Origin: the human T2T-CHM13v2.0 reference genome, Homo sapiens
Assembly (NCBI RefSeq): GCF_009914755.1
Contig: NC_060930.1
Length of the DNA stretch: 64,000 nt
Direction: 5' to 3' (one strand)
Shown piece by piece: positions 58,531-64,000 of this stretch. Every line of letters begins with the position of its first letter. Within the stretch, counting starts at the first letter, position 1. Under the pieces are notes generated by a model. It did no database searches. It was not told the DNA's origin and saw only the letters and a program-made list of their open reading frames with translations. The translations under genes were made by a program, and so were the position numbers.

Positions 58531-61500
58531 TTTTACTAGAATTTCTTAGAAGAACAGGATATACTTTCAAAAACTGATTCCAATCACAGTAATCTCTACT
58601 ATAATTGGAGTACAAAACAGTCTTAATTCTCCGGGATAATTCTGGTCTTAAGTATTGATTTAATATGTGCAATAATTATTACCTCAGGAAGAATGCCTTT
58701 CAAATTTTGATGAAAATATACCTAAGATTTTTACCCTAGTGCTTTGTGTAGCTGTGGAAGAGGTGACTAATATTATCGATGGGTTGATTAATTGATTGAG
58801 GTAGCAGTGTGGGACCAATGCTGATGAAAATGCTCAGAATGAGGTGTTCGGAAATGCCTCTCAGAGTGAGAAACATGCAGTTATGCTTTCTAGAAAATTA
58901 TTCCCTGCTGCAGAGCTTCATCTTCTCATCAAAAAAAATGAGTAAAAATTTAAAAAATACGACACAGTGGCAGAGTCCAAAGGAAGCCCAGAGGAGTGCT
59001 TACAGAGTCGGGGAATAGGATCTGTCAACAAATGTCGAAGAAATTGGTAATGCCTGCTATTTTAGGATGACTTAAAAGAGAGCTTCAAAGATGCAGGAGT
59101 AATTGTGGTGACTGAAGGACAAAAGGGTATGTTGTTGAACAAAAAACAAAATATGGCCTGACTCTTCTACTCTCTAGTGTATGCACTACTTAGAACCTGT
59201 GATCAGCCGTAGTCACCACAATTTTTTAGCGCTCCATAAAGATCAAATTAGAGCTTTAGATTATAAAATGAAGGGAAATAAGTCTTAAGATAAAAGCCAA
59301 AGGAATGTTTGAAAGAAACAACAAAAAGTTAAAAGAATTAAAATTGAAGTTGAAAAGGCTAAGCATTGTAAAAGCATAGGAGATGCAAATCCTTTGTGTC
59401 AAATGGTTCAAACAAAAGGAAATGTGCATAAAAGGAAAATGTTAAATATTGGCTGAGTATAAGAAAGACTTTTCAACTGATACAGTGGACTTCACAGGGA
59501 GGTTGTGGAATCTTCTCTCAAGGCTTTTAAAAATCACTGTATGGGATGGTAGGGTACAAACCATTCTCAGCCCCAAAATGAAATCATGAGTGAGCAAAAG
59601 GTTCAGGTGACCCAGGGACTTTATAAATAGTAGCCAGAAATTCTGACCAGAGTTTTAAATTACTTAGAGGAGAAACTGATGCTGAAAGAAGATGGAATGA
59701 GGGTAGGGAAATTGCTTCCCTACTCAGGCACTAGGACATGTGCTATGCTCTGGTCCCTGATGGTAGCATGGTGGTATTCTGGCCTCTTCTGTATAACGGA
59801 CGTGTCACCCCAGATTTTCCCAATTTGGCGGAAGCTGTGTGTACAGAGGGTTGGCAGCCGGCAACCATTATTGCCTTCTGCAAAGGGGAAGATATATACA
59901 AGACACCTGTTTGTCATAGTTAGAAACTTCTAGAGAGAGCCTACTATATTATCTGATACTTGACAATACATTCTTAAGCCATCTAAAACTTCCATTTTGG
60001 AAAATTATTCTGGAAGTCTTGCATTGGATTGCAACGTGCAAACAAGAGCAAGTCATCCATGCTCATCAAGACTTCCCAGTCCTTACTTCTCTCGCCATTG
60101 ATCAAAGATGGCAGTGGTGAGGCTGAGAGCCATCTCCTGATGGGATGCTGTGCATGGATTCACATGATTGGGCATTTCTGCTAACTAGCACTAGCAGTCA
60201 TTCTTCACATGAACATAAAAGAACAGTTGAGGTTTTTAAAAGCATGAAGCAATTTTGAGGGTCTAATTAGGTGCATATTTGGTATGCAAGCCTTGTCTTC
60301 CTAGTCCCTAGCTTTATTACTTTAGTTGCTGTTTATCATAGATATGAAACCCAATTTAATTTTAAAAGGGGGATAAATCTGGGGTGTGTACAGTAGTTAG
60401 CTGGTGGTTGGCACAGCTAACTCCTGGGACTCCAGTTAGTTGTTCATCCAGTTACATGAATGTGTATTTCTGAGAACTAACAAGATTCGCATTGCAAGGC
60501 TAATCTCACCCATGAGCAGTGTGTGTTCCAATGTGGTAGTATTTAAGGGCTCCAGGGTGTCATTCATATGTCCTGGTGCCTGAAATTCCACTATCTCAGA
60601 GTTGTTCCTTTGGATTCTTCTCTCTGAAGATTCTTTTTAAAAATGCAGATAAACCAGGAACAACATTATATGAATTCATACACAGAAAAGGATGGGGGCT
60701 TGTTATTACTTTCCTCTGACAACAGAGCCCCATGATATGGGAAGAAACGTTAACAACTGAGAGGCACACACTCAGATGTTCATTTCTTCATTTGGTCATC
60801 ATTTGTTGAGCACCTACTGTGTGCCACACACTGAGCTAGAGCGTGTCGTTCCTGGCTGCAGGAGGCCCACAGTCTGATGGGAGAGGCACACATTTCCACA
60901 CAGTGCAAGAGAGAGGGCCCAGGGCACAGAGGAGGGAGGCATGGACCCTGGGTTGGGCATTAATTGCTGAGGGATGTGATGTGACTCCAGGCTGGGTTTT
61001 GAAAGGTGAATGGAGTCTGCCAGCTGGGGAGAGGCAGGAGCGGGGTCCTGTCAGTTTGTTTTCTCTTAGTTCTTTCTGACCCCTGACAGAATGTCCAGGC
61101 ACATTCCTCAGAAGGTCACGAGGCCATAGGGCTAGAGAACCCTGCAGGCCCCTCAGGAGGTCACCAGAGCATGCCCTCTGCCCAGAGACTGGGGCACTCT
61201 CCCCGAACTCCTCAAGGCTACTGCTTTCAAGCAGTTCAAAGAGAAAAAGAAGGAATCATTAAGAGAAATCCAGCCAATCTCATCACTCTGCTTCGGGAAG
61301 ACCTTGTTCTTGGGCCAAGATTTAGTGGATTCATCTAATCCTTTCATGGAAGGAATTAAAATGGAACACCTGGCTATTTGCTTTATTTTTATCTGAAGCC
61401 ACTTGCCATCACTTGAGGATAATTATGTTGAATTTTGTTTCATTCTTGATATCCCACACAAAATTTCCTCAACTCCAGAAATCACTTTTCCATAATTAAG

Positions 61501-62223
61501 AGCATAGATTCTAGAGCCAGATTGCCTGGACCCATATCCTAGTTCAGCTACAAGTTATGAACCTTATTCCTGCCTCAGTTTCCCCAAGTGTAAATGAGGA
61601 TAATTATTTTTTCTACTCCATTGACGTGTTATGGGGCTTCAGCAAGCTGGTTACATGAGGTATTTAGAACAAGGTGAATAGCGAGTGCTCAGTGAAGACT
61701 GGCTGTTATTCACTCCCTTACTGCAGAGCACCTGACCCGGAACTGTTTGAATTACAATATAGAGGAAGTGCCGTCTCACCCAGCAAGGCAGTCAGAACCT
61801 ACCAATCAACTGAAACATTCACCGAGGGCCAATTGTGTCCCTGTGGGTTCTGTTCTAGCCATTGGAAATACTAAATCCAATACAGAGTGGCCCCCATCCT
61901 CAAGAAACCTACAGCCTGGTGAGAAAACTAGACACCATCTCTTCCTTAACATGCACAATGGTGTGGTTTGTACCGTGCTATACTATGAAATGTCCTCACA
62001 GCCCCTCAACAGGTACCTGGAACAGGTATCATCCTCCCCACTTCCTGCATGATAATAAAATGCTTATCAGGAAACACCGTTTGCTTATTACGTGTCATTG
62101 GCACCTTAGCATAGGAGGTCATCTTTCAATAAGTTAACCTAGAGGGAAGGGGAGATGTTGTCTAAGTAGGCCCTGTTTTCGTCCTGCAGTGATGGGTTGT
62201 AACGAACTCAATGTTTGTGTTAG

Positions 62224-62377
62224 GTTTGGAGGAGACCAGCCTGTCTACATCAACATCATTAGAGACCCCGTCAACCGGTTCTTATCCAACTATTTTTTCC
62301 GTCGCTTTGGAGACTGGAGAGGGGAACAAAATCACATGATCCGCACCCCCAGCATGAGGCAGGAGGAGCGCTACCTG
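62224..62377 (+). CDS. UST: UST internal coding exon (probably exon 5), 154 nt, phase 2/0; (R)FGGDQPVYINIIRDPVNRFLSNYFFRRFGDWRGEQNHMIRTPSMRQEERYL
   Basis: Acceptor gtgttag ends at 62223; donor gtaagt at 62378. AG+G completes the split Arg codon. IRDPVNRFLS is the 3'-PB motif of sulfotransferases. Confidence 0.96.
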
Positions 62378-63755
62378 GTAAGTCCTGTCGCATGCAAAAG
62401 GCGGTCTCCCCACTGCCTGAGGAGTGGGCCCTCCACCAGGGAAGGTTCACTCTTCCCTTCCCAGGCCTTCTCCTTGGCGCCTCCATGGAGCGTGGCGCAG
62501 AGAGGGTGCTTCCGCAGGAAGGAGGTCTTGGCGAGAGAAACTGGTTCCGGGTGACCCAGATCCTAATGAACATTTCCTCAAATTATTTTCTGATTTTGCT
62601 TTGCTCAGTTGTCTTTAGTGCTAGGTTTTGGGACCCAGAGCGTTAACAGTCTTTCCTAAGGAGTCCTGACTAGCACTGTAGTGCTTAAGAAGAACAAAGG
62701 TGTTGGGGGGGTGTCTGTTAGAGGGCGGCAGAGCCCCTTCTCATCCCTCAGCCCATTCAGTTCCCATGACCACTCTGGGAGGGGGAGGTGTTTTCAGATG
62801 AGGACCCTGAGATTCTAAAGGTTGTGGGATTTGCCACAGTCACCTCTCAGGTAAGGGCGCAACTGCGACCGACTGTTTCGGGTTTCCTGCCTTCACAGTC
62901 TGGGTTCTTTCCACCACAGCGCGATAGAACCCTGTCATTGCACCAGTAATTGTTTGCTTTCTCTGGACTTGTTTTGGGACCCTCAGCTCCATAAGGGATG
63001 TTAGTCTCGAGCCCAGTAATTATTTCCGCAGCACAGAGGTTGGTAACAAAAACGGAGGGCGGAGTTGCGCGTCTTTCTTTCAGCACTAGAACGAAAGGTA
63101 CATTTCCCATCCCTGTGTTGAGAAACATGTACTGAGGAGCTGACAGCCTGGTGCCCAGGAGGCTGAAATCCTGGTCTCTGTGTCTGAGAGAGCCCTTGGG
63201 GTTCACCCGGACCCATCCTGGGCTGTTGTCGGGCACAAGCAGGAAAGTAGGAAGTGTTGAGGATCAGTCAGAGGTGTTGTTCCCAAAGCTGGAAGATCGC
63301 CCAGAGCTGAGGCCACTGCTGATGTGCCGTCAGCAGCAGCCTTGCCGCTGGAGAAAAGCACCGAATCTCAGGGCCACGGCCAGGACGGCTGCTTCCTCAT
63401 CTCATTTTAAAAACATAATGGAAGTGGATGTTCAGAGGCTGGGAGCATTTGGGGATGATGTCCCCTCAGTGTCACGTTCATGTTTTCAAATCCATGATTA
63501 GAGTAGAGAAAACTGAGATACAGAGAAGTTAGTGTCTCAGCCAGGGCCAGACGACTACACCAGACCCACGGCTTTCCACTCACCTTCGGTATTTGATCAA
63601 CTACCTAAGGCTTCAGTGAAATATTTTGATGATTTTATTTTTATTTTTATTTTCTTCCTTTGATGATATATTTTAAAAGTGGCTTTTCCCTTTTTTTTTT
63701 TTTTTTTTTTTAGTTTTTATGGCGAAACCCTAATCTATTTCTTTATAGGTTATGA

Positions 63756-64000
<245 letters not shown>

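Noticed and set aside
60395-60422. 9-bp hairpin agttagctg/cagctaact (also the 8-bp cctagcac/gtgctagg near 16561)
   Set aside because: Several stems of this length are expected by chance in 64 kb.
62189-62554. 121-aa ORF as a standalone gene
   Set aside because: It is the UST exon with intronic read-through on both sides; the same applies to 39068-39256.

Overview
Human/great-ape genomic DNA (Alu-, L1-, MIR-, L2-, MER- and MLT-rich, about 40% GC). The whole window lies inside UST (uronyl 2-O-sulfotransferase), which is transcribed on the + strand. Three internal coding exons with canonical AG/GT borders and compatible phases are visible: 39092-39247, 51685-51764 and 62224-62377. Together they encode the 5'-PSB loop, the catalytic-His region and the 3'-PB motif. 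Everything else is intron. I found no new protein-coding system; nearly all ORFs in the track are Alu/L1 artefacts or chance. The most unusual signal is a set of locally templated rearrangements: three inverted duplications of apparently different ages (107 bp at ~91%, 220 bp at ~96%, 278 bp at ~98% identity, counted by eye), a palindromic repair scar inside an Alu, two perfect short hairpins and several tandem duplications. Also notable: a MER85 piggyBac MITE with an intact PGBD3-binding palindrome, a strong CTCF motif with its upstream module, a competing upstream 3' splice site at the third exon, and a possible antisense lncRNA unit. Repeat family calls are by eye and their boundaries are approximate.
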